Shown piece by piece: positions 27,928-37,727 of a DNA stretch of 45,807 nucleotides. Numbering within the stretch: position 1 is the stretch's first letter; every line of letters begins with the position of its first letter. The DNA lies in contig JAEOTP010000088.1 of NCBI GenBank assembly GCA_016839765.1, positions 1 to 45,807 of the forward strand. Direction: 5' to 3'. The position numbers and the translations under genes are program-made. The DNA comes from Promethearchaeota archaeon (GTDB lineage Archaea > Asgardarchaeota > Lokiarchaeia > Sigyniarchaeales > SOKP01). The notes under the pieces were generated by a model. It was not told the origin of the DNA, did no database searches, and was given only the letters and a program-made list of their open reading frames with translations.

Positions 27928-30162
27928 ATGACAGATAATTCTTTTTCATTGATAGATTTGTTTCCAAAATATGTAATCAATTCTAAAGGTGAAAAGAAAA
28001 AATTTGAAGAGACAAGTATCGCCAAAGTGTTAAATAAGGAAACTGGACTTGATATGCATATTGCTGAGAAAGTTGCTGAAGATGTAATTAGAAAAATAAT
28101 CGGCCTTGGAATAGATGAGATTAGAACTAATTATATTAGGGAATTAGTTTGTGTCGAACTAACCCAACGTGGATTAAATAAATATAGAAATCTATTTGCA
28201 CGTGCAATTAATTTAGAAAATATTTCTTTCAAACTTGATGAAAAATTTATTAAACAATTTAAAGGAAAACAACCTAATTGGGGACCTTTAGGTTACATCA
28301 CCTATAAAAGGACTTATGCGCGAATTATAGAAAGGAAAAATCGAAAAGAAGAATTTTGGGAAACAATTCAAAGAGTTGTTGAGGGCTGTTATTCTATTCA
28401 AAAAGAACATTGTATCAAATTAAGTTTGCCATGGAGCGATGAAAAAGCTCAGAGATCGGCTCAGAAAATGTTTGAAAAGATTTGGTATTTTAAATTCTTA
28501 CCCCCCGGACGGGGTTTATGGATGATGGGCACAGAATTTATTGCAAGGCATGGTTCTATGTCGTTAAACAATTGTGGTTTTGCGTCTACAGAAGATATCA
28601 ATCGAAAATATTCGAAAGCTTTCGAATTTGTTATGGATGCTCTAATGTTAGGAGTTGGAGTTGGATTTGATACAAAGGGTGCGGGAAAGATTACAATTAA
28701 GAAACCAAAAGAAAATCATTTTAACTTTCAAATACCTGATAGTAGAGAAGGATGGGTTGAGGCACTCAAATTGACCTTGGAGGCATATTTTCTAGGAAAA
28801 CAAATGCCCAATTATGACTTCTCTCTCGTTCGTCCATCTGGACGCCCCATACGAGGCTTTGGGGGTGTAGCATCAGGACCTGATCCACTAAAACATATGT
28901 TAGAGGATATAAGAAAACTATTAGATAATAGAGTGAACCAATCATTAACTTCTGTTGATATTGTAGATATTATGAATCTTATTGGGAAATGTGTGGTTGC
29001 TGGAAATGTTAGACGGAGTGCAGAGATCGCATTAGGAGATCCGACAGATTTAGAATTTGTTACATGTAAACAGGATGAAAAAAAATTGTATTCTCATAGA
29101 TGGGCAAGCAATAACAGTATTTTTGCAATAAAAGGGTTAGACTATTCTTTTATAGCCGATCAAATAGTTGTAAATGGAGAACCTGGAATTTTTTGGCTTG
29201 AAAATGCAAAAGCATATGGAAGGATGGGAGAACCTCCAGATCATAAAGACAAAAAGGCGGCTGGAGTAAATCCTTGTGGAGAACAAACCTTAGAATCATT
29301 TGAACTTTGCTGTCTTGTGGAGACTTTTCCATCGAATCATGATTCTTATGAAGAATTCCAAGAAACATTAAAATATGCGTATCTTTATTCTAAATCAGTA
29401 ACACTAGTAAATACACATTGGCCTGAAACTAATGCTGTAATGCTCAAAAATAGACGTATGGGAATCTCTCAAACAGGAATAATTGAGGCTTTTATAAAAC
29501 ATGGAAGGAGAAAAGTGCTTGATTGGTGTGATCTAGCATATACATATTTAAAAGACTTAGATGAGGAGTATTCAAATTGGTTATGTATTCCAAAATCAAT
29601 TAAATTAACAACTGTAAAACCAAGTGGTACTGTAAGTCTACTTCCTGGAGTGCCCCCAGGAATTCATTATCCACATTCTGAATATTATATCCGCAGAATA
29701 CGGATATCAAAAAACTCTGATTTGATTGAACATATTAAAGATGCTGGATATAAAGTAGAGGATGACTCTTATTCTCCTAATACTGTAGTTGCTGAATTTC
29801 CTGTCCATGAAGAGTATTTTGATCGTTCTAAAAAGGAAGTTTCAATCTGGGAGCAAGTAGCTAATGCTATAGATTATCAAAAATATTGGTCTGATAACCA
29901 AGTATCCATAACGGTAACTTTCAAACCTGAAGAAAAAAATGAAGTTAAACGTGTATTGGAATTTTGTGAAGATAAATTAAAAAGTGTTAGCTTCCTACCA
30001 ATAAAAGAGCATGGATATAAGCAACCGCCCTACGAAGAAATTACAGAAGAGAGATACAGACAATTATTAGCAAATTTAAAGCCCCTTGATTTAGATGAAA
30101 CAAAAGATCGTGCCATAGGAGAAAAGTTCTGTGACACCGAGTTTTGTGAAATTCGTTTTTAG
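27928..30162 (+). CDS. nrdJ: Class II (adenosylcobalamin-dependent) ribonucleotide reductase with N-terminal ATP-cone
   Basis: YKRTYAR, PPGRGLW, VVAGNVRRSAEI, catalytic NPCGEQ, TTVKPSGTVS, C-terminal CDTEFC; N-terminal VINSKGEKKKFE..I ATP-cone. Confidence 0.93.
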   Translation: MTDNSFSLIDLFPKYVINSKGEKKKFEETSIAKVLNKETGLDMHIAEKVAEDVIRKIIGLGIDEIRTNYIRELVCVELTQRGLNKYRNLFARAINLENISFKLDEKFIKQFKGKQPNWGPLGYITYKRTYARIIERKNRKEEFWETIQRVVEGCYSIQKEHCIKLSLPWSDEKAQRSAQKMFEKIWYFKFLPPGRGLWMMGTEFIARHGSMSLNNCGFASTEDINRKYSKAFEFVMDALMLGVGVGFDTKGAGKITIKKPKENHFNFQIPDSREGWVEALKLTLEAYFLGKQMPNYDFSLVRPSGRPIRGFGGVASGPDPLKHMLEDIRKLLDNRVNQSLTSVDIVDIMNLIGKCVVAGNVRRSAEIALGDPTDLEFVTCKQDEKKLYSHRWASNNSIFAIKGLDYSFIADQIVVNGEPGIFWLENAKAYGRMGEPPDHKDKKAAGVNPCGEQTLESFELCCLVETFPSNHDSYEEFQETLKYAYLYSKSVTLVNTHWPETNAVMLKNRRMGISQTGIIEAFIKHGRRKVLDWCDLAYTYLKDLDEEYSNWLCIPKSIKLTTVKPSGTVSLLPGVPPGIHYPHSEYYIRRIRISKNSDLIEHIKDAGYKVEDDSYSPNTVVAEFPVHEEYFDRSKKEVSIWEQVANAIDYQKYWSDNQVSITVTFKPEEKNEVKRVLEFCEDKLKSVSFLPIKEHGYKQPPYEEITEERYRQLLANLKPLDLDETKDRAIGEKFCDTEFCEIRF

Positions 30163-30325
30163 TTCAAAAGCTTGAATAAATTTACTTCAAATAATAAAAT
30201 TTTAAATTTGAAATCACTTTTTTTGATTAATAAGAATTTAAAGAAAAAATTAAAAGCAATCCAAGAAAATTTATTTTTATCAGAAAAGAATTTTTACAAC
30301 AAAATTTCAAAATAAGTGATTTTTA

Positions 30326-31267
30326 ATGGCTGAAGAAGATCCAGTTGAAGAAATAGAAAAAATGGCTGATAAGGCTGCGAAAAAACCGCGAGCTAAATCT
30401 AGAACTATTCCAAAGGGAAAACAAAAAGCTAAAAAAGCTACTACAAAAAAAGAAGCGGCAGAGGTACCTGCCGAACCTTCGCAAATTGTTTTTAAAAAAT
30501 TTAAAGTAAATTTTTGGAGAACACGTTTACATGATGAAGAGTTAGGGGTACATCAACAACTTAAATACCAAGCAAAGACTCGGTGGTTCAGTAAGAATTT
30601 TGACATTGAGGGAGTAATAGAAGAAGATGATGAAAAGAAGTATATAATAGCTTTTAATAAAGAACAGTGGGAAGAAAGCCCTATAGAAGAAAGAAGACTT
30701 GTGTGTCGTTATTTTACAATTATGGAAGAGACTATGGATGCTACACCTAAAGGAGGAAATTTCAAAGGTGGTGTTGAATTAAGCGTGGCTCATTCATTAA
30801 TCCAGAGTTATGAAATTAAACATGCAGCACCAGTATTTTTCTTTCAAATACCAGGTACAATAAATCTAATACGATGTAATAGAGGATGGAGATTAGTAGG
30901 TACGCGTTGGACTTTTCCACTACTCCCTGAGGACAAAGAGGATGAATTACAAGTGGTTCATGCTAGAGGTGTGGTTGGACCTGGAAGAAATTACAAGATA
31001 TATATAGGTAAAAAACTTATAGCGAGAGTAGACGGGAAGCCAGTACAAAAAGAATTTGAAATAGAATTCTACGATCAAGACTACGCAAAAGATAAAACTT
31101 TTCAGAGATATATGATTTTATTCGGATGTGCCTGTAATTTTATGCATGAAGCTGAGAAAACGATTAAAAGGCTCTACAGAAAAATGAAGAATACAGGAAG
31201 TTCCCCATACAAACCACCAAAGCAAGAATTAGACTTATTTAGGAATCCTAGAATGATGCGTAGATAA
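30326..31267 (+). CDS. Hypothetical protein (charged N-tail; C-terminus loosely Tubby/LURP-one/scramblase-like)
   Basis: Long clean ORF; RNYKIYIGKKLIARVDGK..KEFEIEFYD followed by a hydrophobic helix. Confidence 0.6.
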   Translation: MAEEDPVEEIEKMADKAAKKPRAKSRTIPKGKQKAKKATTKKEAAEVPAEPSQIVFKKFKVNFWRTRLHDEELGVHQQLKYQAKTRWFSKNFDIEGVIEEDDEKKYIIAFNKEQWEESPIEERRLVCRYFTIMEETMDATPKGGNFKGGVELSVAHSLIQSYEIKHAAPVFFFQIPGTINLIRCNRGWRLVGTRWTFPLLPEDKEDELQVVHARGVVGPGRNYKIYIGKKLIARVDGKPVQKEFEIEFYDQDYAKDKTFQRYMILFGCACNFMHEAEKTIKRLYRKMKNTGSSPYKPPKQELDLFRNPRMMRR

Positions 31268-31316
31268 AATATTAAGGAAATTATAAAAAAATTTTTTTAT
31301 TTTTATTTTTTAAAAA

Positions 31317-32084
31317 TTAGCTTAGCATTTGCTTTTTCCAAGCTGTATAGCCCTTAGTTTCTTTTCCTCGATAAATCGCTTTTTTACCAATTTGTTTTTC
31401 ATAGATTGTTTGGAGGGTGTCTTCATCAGCTTCTTTTAATTCTTCTTTTTTAATTTCTTCTTCTATCTCATATTCCTCTTCTATACGTTTGACTCTTTTC
31501 AAAACAGCAAATACTGCGTGATTCCAAAGTACAAACCCTAAGTAAATTAAACCTATTATTACGAGCATTAGTATTCCAATAAATAATACCCATTCTCCAG
31601 GATTGAACTGAAGGACAAATACCCATAATTGCGCAACCCAGTTCCATAGGAATGAAGGGATGATAACTACAATGAGGGTTATGAGAAAGATGTACACACT
31701 TATCAAAGCAACAGCAACAAGTAATCTAAGAGTCGCATAATCTTCATACTTTTTGGCCAGCACTCTATCTTTGAACATTCGTTGGCATAATCTCAATATT
31801 CCTCCTCGGAATAATATGTAAAACAATACTAGCAGAAAAAGATGACCAACAATAATCCCTACGATGATAAGGGCTACGACTCCAGCACCTAAGCTTGCTA
31901 TTTCATCCCAAATTCCTTCTTCAATTAACCAAAATATAATCATTAACCATATACCAAGGATTGTAATGACAGCACCTATAATTATGGCATAATAAATCGT
32001 TCTAGCAATACGTAAATCCCACGTACTATATTCATCTAATGGATCAGGTGCTCTTAATGGTGCTTTTCTAGCTTTTCGTGGCAT
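31317..32084 (-). CDS. Hypothetical membrane protein (4 TM, charged C-terminus)
   Basis: Four hydrophobic segments in two similar pairs; long ORF. Confidence 0.7.
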   Translation of the reverse strand: MPRKARKAPLRAPDPLDEYSTWDLRIARTIYYAIIIGAVITILGIWLMIIFWLIEEGIWDEIASLGAGVVALIIVGIIVGHLFLLVLFYILFRGGILRLCQRMFKDRVLAKKYEDYATLRLLVAVALISVYIFLITLIVVIIPSFLWNWVAQLWVFVLQFNPGEWVLFIGILMLVIIGLIYLGFVLWNHAVFAVLKRVKRIEEEYEIEEEIKKEELKEADEDTLQTIYEKQIGKKAIYRGKETKGYTAWKKQMLS

Positions 32085-32207
32085 AATTTTCTCAACTTAA
32101 ATTATTTTTACATTTCAAATTAGGTTTTCCAAATTATATTATTTTATATTTTATTTTAGTTTATTTGAATATTTTTCCTATTTAAATATTATAGGATTGA
32201 TAAGTTG

Positions 32208-32660
32208 TTATTTTTCATAGGGTGCTTTTAAAATACTATGGCAATATGGGCACTTTTTAGCATCTGGTTTTATATCTTCACCACAATATGGACAGAAGGT
32301 TGTATCCTCAGTAACATCTTCCCCCTCTTCTTCAAGTCGGACTTCTTTTTCCTTTCTCCTTGGTTTAATTTCCTTTCCTGCTTTTTTGAGTACTTTTTCT
32401 TTAGCAGTTAAAGGAATAGCCTCTTCCTCTTTTTCTTCTTCTGTTACAAATGGTTTCTTTGAAAATTTTAACTGTGAGAAACATGTTGGACAGTAGGTTT
32501 TTTGTTTATTAGCATAATAAATTGCGTATACGAGAGCCGCTATTCCTACTGTAGCAACAATTACTATTATCCAAACTGTTTTTTTAGAGGTTTCTAATGG
32601 TTTTCGTACAGGGTTATCTATTTCTTTTTTACAGACGTTACAATATGCATATCGAGTCAT
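32208..32660 (-). CDS. Zinc-ribbon membrane protein (LITAF-like CxxC-hydrophobic-CxxC plus C-terminal zinc ribbon)
   Basis: CNVC...hydrophobic stretch...CPTC; C-terminal CPYCG...CPYC. Confidence 0.7.
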   Translation of the reverse strand: MTRYAYCNVCKKEIDNPVRKPLETSKKTVWIIVIVATVGIAALVYAIYYANKQKTYCPTCFSQLKFSKKPFVTEEEKEEEAIPLTAKEKVLKKAGKEIKPRRKEKEVRLEEEGEDVTEDTTFCPYCGEDIKPDAKKCPYCHSILKAPYEK

Positions 32661-32788
32661 ACTATTTCATCTCAAAATTTTTGAGTATGTTATTTTAAAT
32701 AATAGATTATTTTAATTAAAAAAGTCTTTTAAACCTATAATATATTGTTCTATAAATTATTATTTAATTAACTCAAAATGAACTGAAT

Positions 32789-34102
32789 TTGGAACAAAAT
32801 AAATTTTACATCGAGACTTATGGATGTACTTCAAATAAAGCAGATTCTAACATTATTACAAATCTATTAAATAAATCAAATTACGTACTTTCAACCTTAG
32901 ATGATGCTGATTTCATTATTATTAATACTTGTGGCGTGAAACAACAAACAGAAAATAAGATAAAAACTCGCCTTAAATCTTTGTATAACCTTTTTAGGAA
33001 GAATCCAGCTAAATCTATTATAATTGCTGGTTGCTTGCCTTTTATTGATCATTCATATATAGACGTAATCAGAAAAATCGTGCCTAATTTCTCAGCTATA
33101 GTTGATTTAGACAACATTCATGAATTTCCAAAAATTTTGGGCCGAATTAAGCAAGGCAATACGAATTTAATAATCAAATCTCAAGAACTCATAGATAAAA
33201 CAGAATTTTTAATTGATCTCGCGCCAGGAAAAATTACTGGTATTGTTCCTATTTCTGAAGGATGTCTTGGAGCTTGTACGTACTGTTGCGTAAAGAATGC
33301 TAGGGGCCATCTAAACTGTTATCAGCCTGATAAAATAATTAAAAATGTAAAATATCAATTAAAGCAAGGGATTAAACAGATTTATTTAACCTCTCAAGAT
33401 TGTAGTACCTACAAGTTCAATCACATAGAATTAGTAGATTTAATAAAAGATATCACTAATTTAGATTATAAATTCTTTCTGAGAATAGGGATGCTAAATC
33501 CCAGATTCTTAATTAAAAATTTAGATCAATTAATTACCATTTTTAACTTTAAAAAGGTATATCAATTCTTACATATTCCAATTCAATCTGGAAGTAATAA
33601 TATTTTAGAAAAAATGAATAGATCCTATAGAATTCAAGAAATTATTAATAAAATTGAAATTTTAAGAAAAAGCTTTCCGTTCTTAACGATATCTACTGAT
33701 ATAATATGTGGATTTCCCGGAGAAACTGAAGTTGAATTTAAAAAAACGATTGAACTAATAGAATGGCTAAAACCTGAAATTTTAAATATCTCGAAATTTA
33801 CTCCGCGACCTGGTACTAAGGCAAAAGAAATGAAACAAATTGATGGCAAAATTATAAAAGAAAGATCTAATCGCCTTTCAAAAATATATAGAAAAATTTT
33901 AAGTGATTCAAACAAAGAGTGGGAAAACTGGAAGGGAAAAGTTTTAATGCTTCATGAAGGAGAAAAGAATAACCAAGATTTTGGAAGAAATTATGCTTAC
34001 AAAAACATTATTGTAGCGGATTTTAAAGGTAACTATGGTGATTTTGCTTTAGTTAAAGTATATAAAGTAAGTGGGTCTAATCTATATGCGAAAATTATTT
34101 AG
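32789..34102 (+). CDS. Radical SAM tRNA methylthiotransferase (archaeal MtaB/CDKAL1 type, MiaB-like)
   Basis: TYGCTSN, INTCGVK, IAGCLP (UPF0004); GCLGACTYC; HIPIQSGS; TDIICGFPGET; C-terminal TRAM-like region. Confidence 0.9.
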   Translation: MEQNKFYIETYGCTSNKADSNIITNLLNKSNYVLSTLDDADFIIINTCGVKQQTENKIKTRLKSLYNLFRKNPAKSIIIAGCLPFIDHSYIDVIRKIVPNFSAIVDLDNIHEFPKILGRIKQGNTNLIIKSQELIDKTEFLIDLAPGKITGIVPISEGCLGACTYCCVKNARGHLNCYQPDKIIKNVKYQLKQGIKQIYLTSQDCSTYKFNHIELVDLIKDITNLDYKFFLRIGMLNPRFLIKNLDQLITIFNFKKVYQFLHIPIQSGSNNILEKMNRSYRIQEIINKIEILRKSFPFLTISTDIICGFPGETEVEFKKTIELIEWLKPEILNISKFTPRPGTKAKEMKQIDGKIIKERSNRLSKIYRKILSDSNKEWENWKGKVLMLHEGEKNNQDFGRNYAYKNIIVADFKGNYGDFALVKVYKVSGSNLYAKII

Positions 34103-34123
34103 TTAGTTAGGAAAAAAGTAAAA

Positions 34124-35023
34124 TTAAGTAAAATTAAATTGCTCTAATGCTTTTTGAGCCACTTTATCGCCCCACTCTTGGACAAAATGACCTGCTTCTT
34201 TGATTAAATAAGGCTTAGGACAACCACGAATCACATTCCTTAAATACTTCATTACAGGTAATCCTAAGACAGGGTCTTGCATGCCAACAGCCATAGAGGT
34301 TTCTCCAGACCATTTTTTACTTAAATAATCTCGGGCTTTTCTAGAAATTTCAGCACCTGAAGCATCAGAGTGATCAGGTACTATATTTGGAAATCTACGA
34401 ACACCCGCCTTATATGTGATAGCTGGAAATGGAGCACTGTATGCTGCCCTTTCTTCATCTGTTAAGTGGGGACATACTCGTCCCAATAATCTTCCTGGAT
34501 CCAAATCTGGATGGTTATTATTCCATTCTCGCCAGGCTAAAAAGCTTTTTGATAATGGTATATCCCCCGTTGCTAGGGCAGTATTCATTAATAGAAGTCG
34601 AGAAAATTTTTTTGGTATTTCCATTGGCAATGTAAGACCTATAAGACCTCCCCAATCTTGACAAACTAACGTTATATTTTCAAGATCTAATTCCTTAATG
34701 AATTCTAGAATAGAATTTCGATGAAAATCGAAAGTGTATACTTCTTCCATGACAGGCTTATCAGATCTCCCAAAACCAAAATAATCTGGGGCGATAACGC
34801 GAATTCCTATTTTAAGAAATATAGGAATCATTTTTCGATATAAATAACTCCAAGTAGGTTGACCATGTAAACATAAAAACACTTCTTTAGAATTTTTTGG
34901 TCCAACGTCAATATAGTGCATCCTTAATTCTTCATATCCCTTTAGAGGTTCTAAATAATTAGGTTCATAAGGGAATTCGGGAAGTGTTTTAAACCTCTCT
35001 TCAGGAGTTCTAAGAAATTCCAC
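34124..35023 (-). CDS. Haloalkane dehalogenase (alpha/beta hydrolase, DhlA-like)
   Basis: LRTPEERF, LHGQPTWSYLYRKMIP, nucleophile QDWGG, QDPVLG, AGHFVQE. Confidence 0.9.
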   Translation of the reverse strand: MEFLRTPEERFKTLPEFPYEPNYLEPLKGYEELRMHYIDVGPKNSKEVFLCLHGQPTWSYLYRKMIPIFLKIGIRVIAPDYFGFGRSDKPVMEEVYTFDFHRNSILEFIKELDLENITLVCQDWGGLIGLTLPMEIPKKFSRLLLMNTALATGDIPLSKSFLAWREWNNNHPDLDPGRLLGRVCPHLTDEERAAYSAPFPAITYKAGVRRFPNIVPDHSDASGAEISRKARDYLSKKWSGETSMAVGMQDPVLGLPVMKYLRNVIRGCPKPYLIKEAGHFVQEWGDKVAQKALEQFNFT

Positions 35024-35142
35024 CTTTTACTCACATTTGTGTTTTGAATTTAATATTATCCTTATTATTATAATTTTTGGAAACTTTAAATATAAAGAAA
35101 AATAGACCTAAATGTAAATTCTTTAAGTTAACAGAATATCCA

Positions 35143-35763
35143 ATGAACAAAAATATTTTTTTCCACAGGATAGAAGGAATTATTTTTGGTTCTTTGTCAT
35201 GGACAACAGCATTTTGTTCATTTACTATAGCAGTTGCTTTATATATTAAAGTAGATCCCTCCTATAGTATATTTACACATTATTTAAGTGATTTAGGCGC
35301 AGGAAAAAATTATTCTAATTTATCATTATTTATAGGTCTGGCCCTTACAACAAATTACCAAATTCTATTTTATTATTCTATTGGATTAACATTAAAACAA
35401 AAAAAAAGCAATTGGAAATTAATTAAAATCGCTATGGGTACTGCTATAATTGGTTCTATGAGTTTATTTACGGTCATTCCATTTATATCTGATCCAGGAA
35501 ATCCAAAATTTAATATCATGCATGGAATTCTGGGGGGTATACATTTTGGTCTTATGGCAATTGCATTTCTTTTTTATGGTATAAGTGAGCTTTTAAATCC
35601 TTTTATCTCAAATAAATTTACCATAATATCATTCAGCTCTGCGCTCTTCTACGGCTTAAATTTAATATTCTCTAATATTTATATATTTTATTGGCTCGCT
35701 ATTGTAGGAATATTTTTATGGGTATTTGTACATATAATATTCCTAATAAGATCTAAAGAGTAG
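35143..35763 (+). CDS. DUF998-like membrane protein (paralog of 35916..36656)
   Basis: DPSYSIFTHYLSDLGA, MHGILG; ATG 35143 aligns with the paralog start (ORF open from 35077). Confidence 0.7.
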   Translation: MNKNIFFHRIEGIIFGSLSWTTAFCSFTIAVALYIKVDPSYSIFTHYLSDLGAGKNYSNLSLFIGLALTTNYQILFYYSIGLTLKQKKSNWKLIKIAMGTAIIGSMSLFTVIPFISDPGNPKFNIMHGILGGIHFGLMAIAFLFYGISELLNPFISNKFTIISFSSALFYGLNLIFSNIYIFYWLAIVGIFLWVFVHIIFLIRSKE

Positions 35764-35915
35764 AATTACTTTTACTTAAAAGCATATATTATAAATAAAT
35801 TTTTAAATGATGCTGGGCTTTTTTTTTATCACTCTATACATGGTTAATAGAGGGCTTATAGGAATAAATAGAATACCTTTCAAAAAATATCTTTGAAAAA
35901 ATATCCATAAAAGCA

Positions 35916-36656
35916 ATGTCAAACTTGGATAAGAAATTCTATAAAATCAGCGGCTCAATATTTGGGATCATGGCATGGATTATAGGGTTACCATGTTTAA
36001 TAATAGCCACATTTTTACGAATGGAAGTTGATCCCACCTTCAGTTTAACGTCTAATTATATATGCGATCTAGGAGCTAAAAATTATGATTCACATTATAT
36101 TTTTACAGTAGGCTTTATTCTTAGACAAATTTCTTTAATTCCCTTTTATATCTCATTTGGGATTTTTTTACAAAAAAATATTTATGATAGCTATTTATTC
36201 AAGGCGGCAATAATGGCTGCTGTTATTTCTAACCTTAGCCTAGCGGCTGTTATTCCGTTCCTCTCGGATCCGAACAATCAATTTTTTTGCAATATGCATG
36301 GTATACTTGGCTTTACTTATTTTAGCTTCGGAGTTCTTGCGTTTTCATTATATGGTATAATTGAATTATCAAATCCAAAAATTTCAAACTTTTATACGGT
36401 TATCTCGTTTATAACTGCATTTTTACAAGCTCTATTTTTATTTTTCCCTACAATTTATATAATTGAATGGCTTTTTATTGGCAGTGACTTTTCTTGGGTA
36501 CTAATACACGCAGTGTTTTTATTTAAGAATGAACCTTCGAGTATGAAGCACATTGTATTTTTTGAATTGGATTATTTAGTACATGATTATCAAAACAATT
36601 CAAATCTTTTAAGAAAAAGATCCAAAGAAAAGGAATTTAGACTAGTTAAAAAATAA
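35916..36656 (+). CDS. DUF998-like membrane protein
   Basis: DPTFSLTSNYICDLGA, VIPFLSDP, MHGILG, IEW. Confidence 0.7.
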   Translation: MSNLDKKFYKISGSIFGIMAWIIGLPCLIIATFLRMEVDPTFSLTSNYICDLGAKNYDSHYIFTVGFILRQISLIPFYISFGIFLQKNIYDSYLFKAAIMAAVISNLSLAAVIPFLSDPNNQFFCNMHGILGFTYFSFGVLAFSLYGIIELSNPKISNFYTVISFITAFLQALFLFFPTIYIIEWLFIGSDFSWVLIHAVFLFKNEPSSMKHIVFFELDYLVHDYQNNSNLLRKRSKEKEFRLVKK

Positions 36657-36719
36657 TTAAATTAGATTCCCCTTTTTCAAATTATCATTTATAATATTAA
36701 AAAAATTAGTAGAAATAAC

Positions 36720-37607
36720 TTATTTAAGATCAAATTTTTCTAAGAAACTGGTCAACCTAGCTCGGTGAAATTTCAATCCAAGTTCATCTGGAGGATATCC
36801 AAATGCTAATGCAAATAATTCGGTTAGGTAGAGAATAGGTATATCAAAAGTGTTATTTGATTGAGTTCCAGCCTTTTTTTGGTTTGTATCCATTTGTTGA
36901 AAACATGCAGGACAAATTACAATAAAAGCTTCTGCACCAGCATTAATAGCGCTGTTAAATTTATTTGCTAATACTTGCATTGAAGGTTCCTCCTCAGCAT
37001 TTCCTACTCCTGATCCACAGCAAAGCATTTCCTCTGTATAATCGATTGGTGTTGCTCCTGTTGCGGCTACAAGTTCTCTCAGTTTTACTGGTTCCATAGG
37101 ATCGTCGGTTTGCATAATTTCAGAAGGGCGATTATAGTGACATCCTGTATGGCAGGCTACTTTTAAACCTGAAAATTCATGTTTCACGTGCTCCTTTATT
37201 TTTTCAACACCTAAATCATGTAAAACTTCTACAAAATGTTTAACATTAACACTACCCTTGAATTCTTTCTTAACTGATTTTAAAATTTCATTAATTTTTT
37301 CTTTTTCGTGATCATCATGCTTTAACTCATGATTGACCGCTTTTAAGGTTTGAAAGCAACCATTACATAACGAAACAATGTTCTTCCCTTCTTCTTCTGC
37401 AATTGCAAGATTTCTTGCTCCCATTGCCAACCAACTTGTATGATCTACAGCATGAAAACCTACTGGATCAGGACAACATGCAAAAGGAGCATCAGTAGTT
37501 TTTATTCCGAGAGTATCGAAAACTTTTCGAGCTGAAGCTTCAATAAAAGGGATTCTGTTTCCTATGGTACAACCTTGAAACATTTTATATTCTTCAACTT
37601 TTGCCAT
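36720..37607 (-). CDS. hdrB: Heterodisulfide reductase subunit B (two CCG domains)
   Basis: FQGC, CCPDP, CNGCF, HTGCHYNRP, CCGSG, CPACFQQMD. Confidence 0.92.
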   Translation of the reverse strand: MAKVEEYKMFQGCTIGNRIPFIEASARKVFDTLGIKTTDAPFACCPDPVGFHAVDHTSWLAMGARNLAIAEEEGKNIVSLCNGCFQTLKAVNHELKHDDHEKEKINEILKSVKKEFKGSVNVKHFVEVLHDLGVEKIKEHVKHEFSGLKVACHTGCHYNRPSEIMQTDDPMEPVKLRELVAATGATPIDYTEEMLCCGSGVGNAEEEPSMQVLANKFNSAINAGAEAFIVICPACFQQMDTNQKKAGTQSNNTFDIPILYLTELFALAFGYPPDELGLKFHRARLTSFLEKFDLK

Positions 37608-37727
37608 GACAAAAAATCTCTTTATTTTTTAAGACAATTATATTTGGTTTAATACTAAATTAATTAAAAAATTTGTTAAATCAAATAATAAGGACATTAG
37701 AATAAAATAAAAAAAATAAATAATAAT

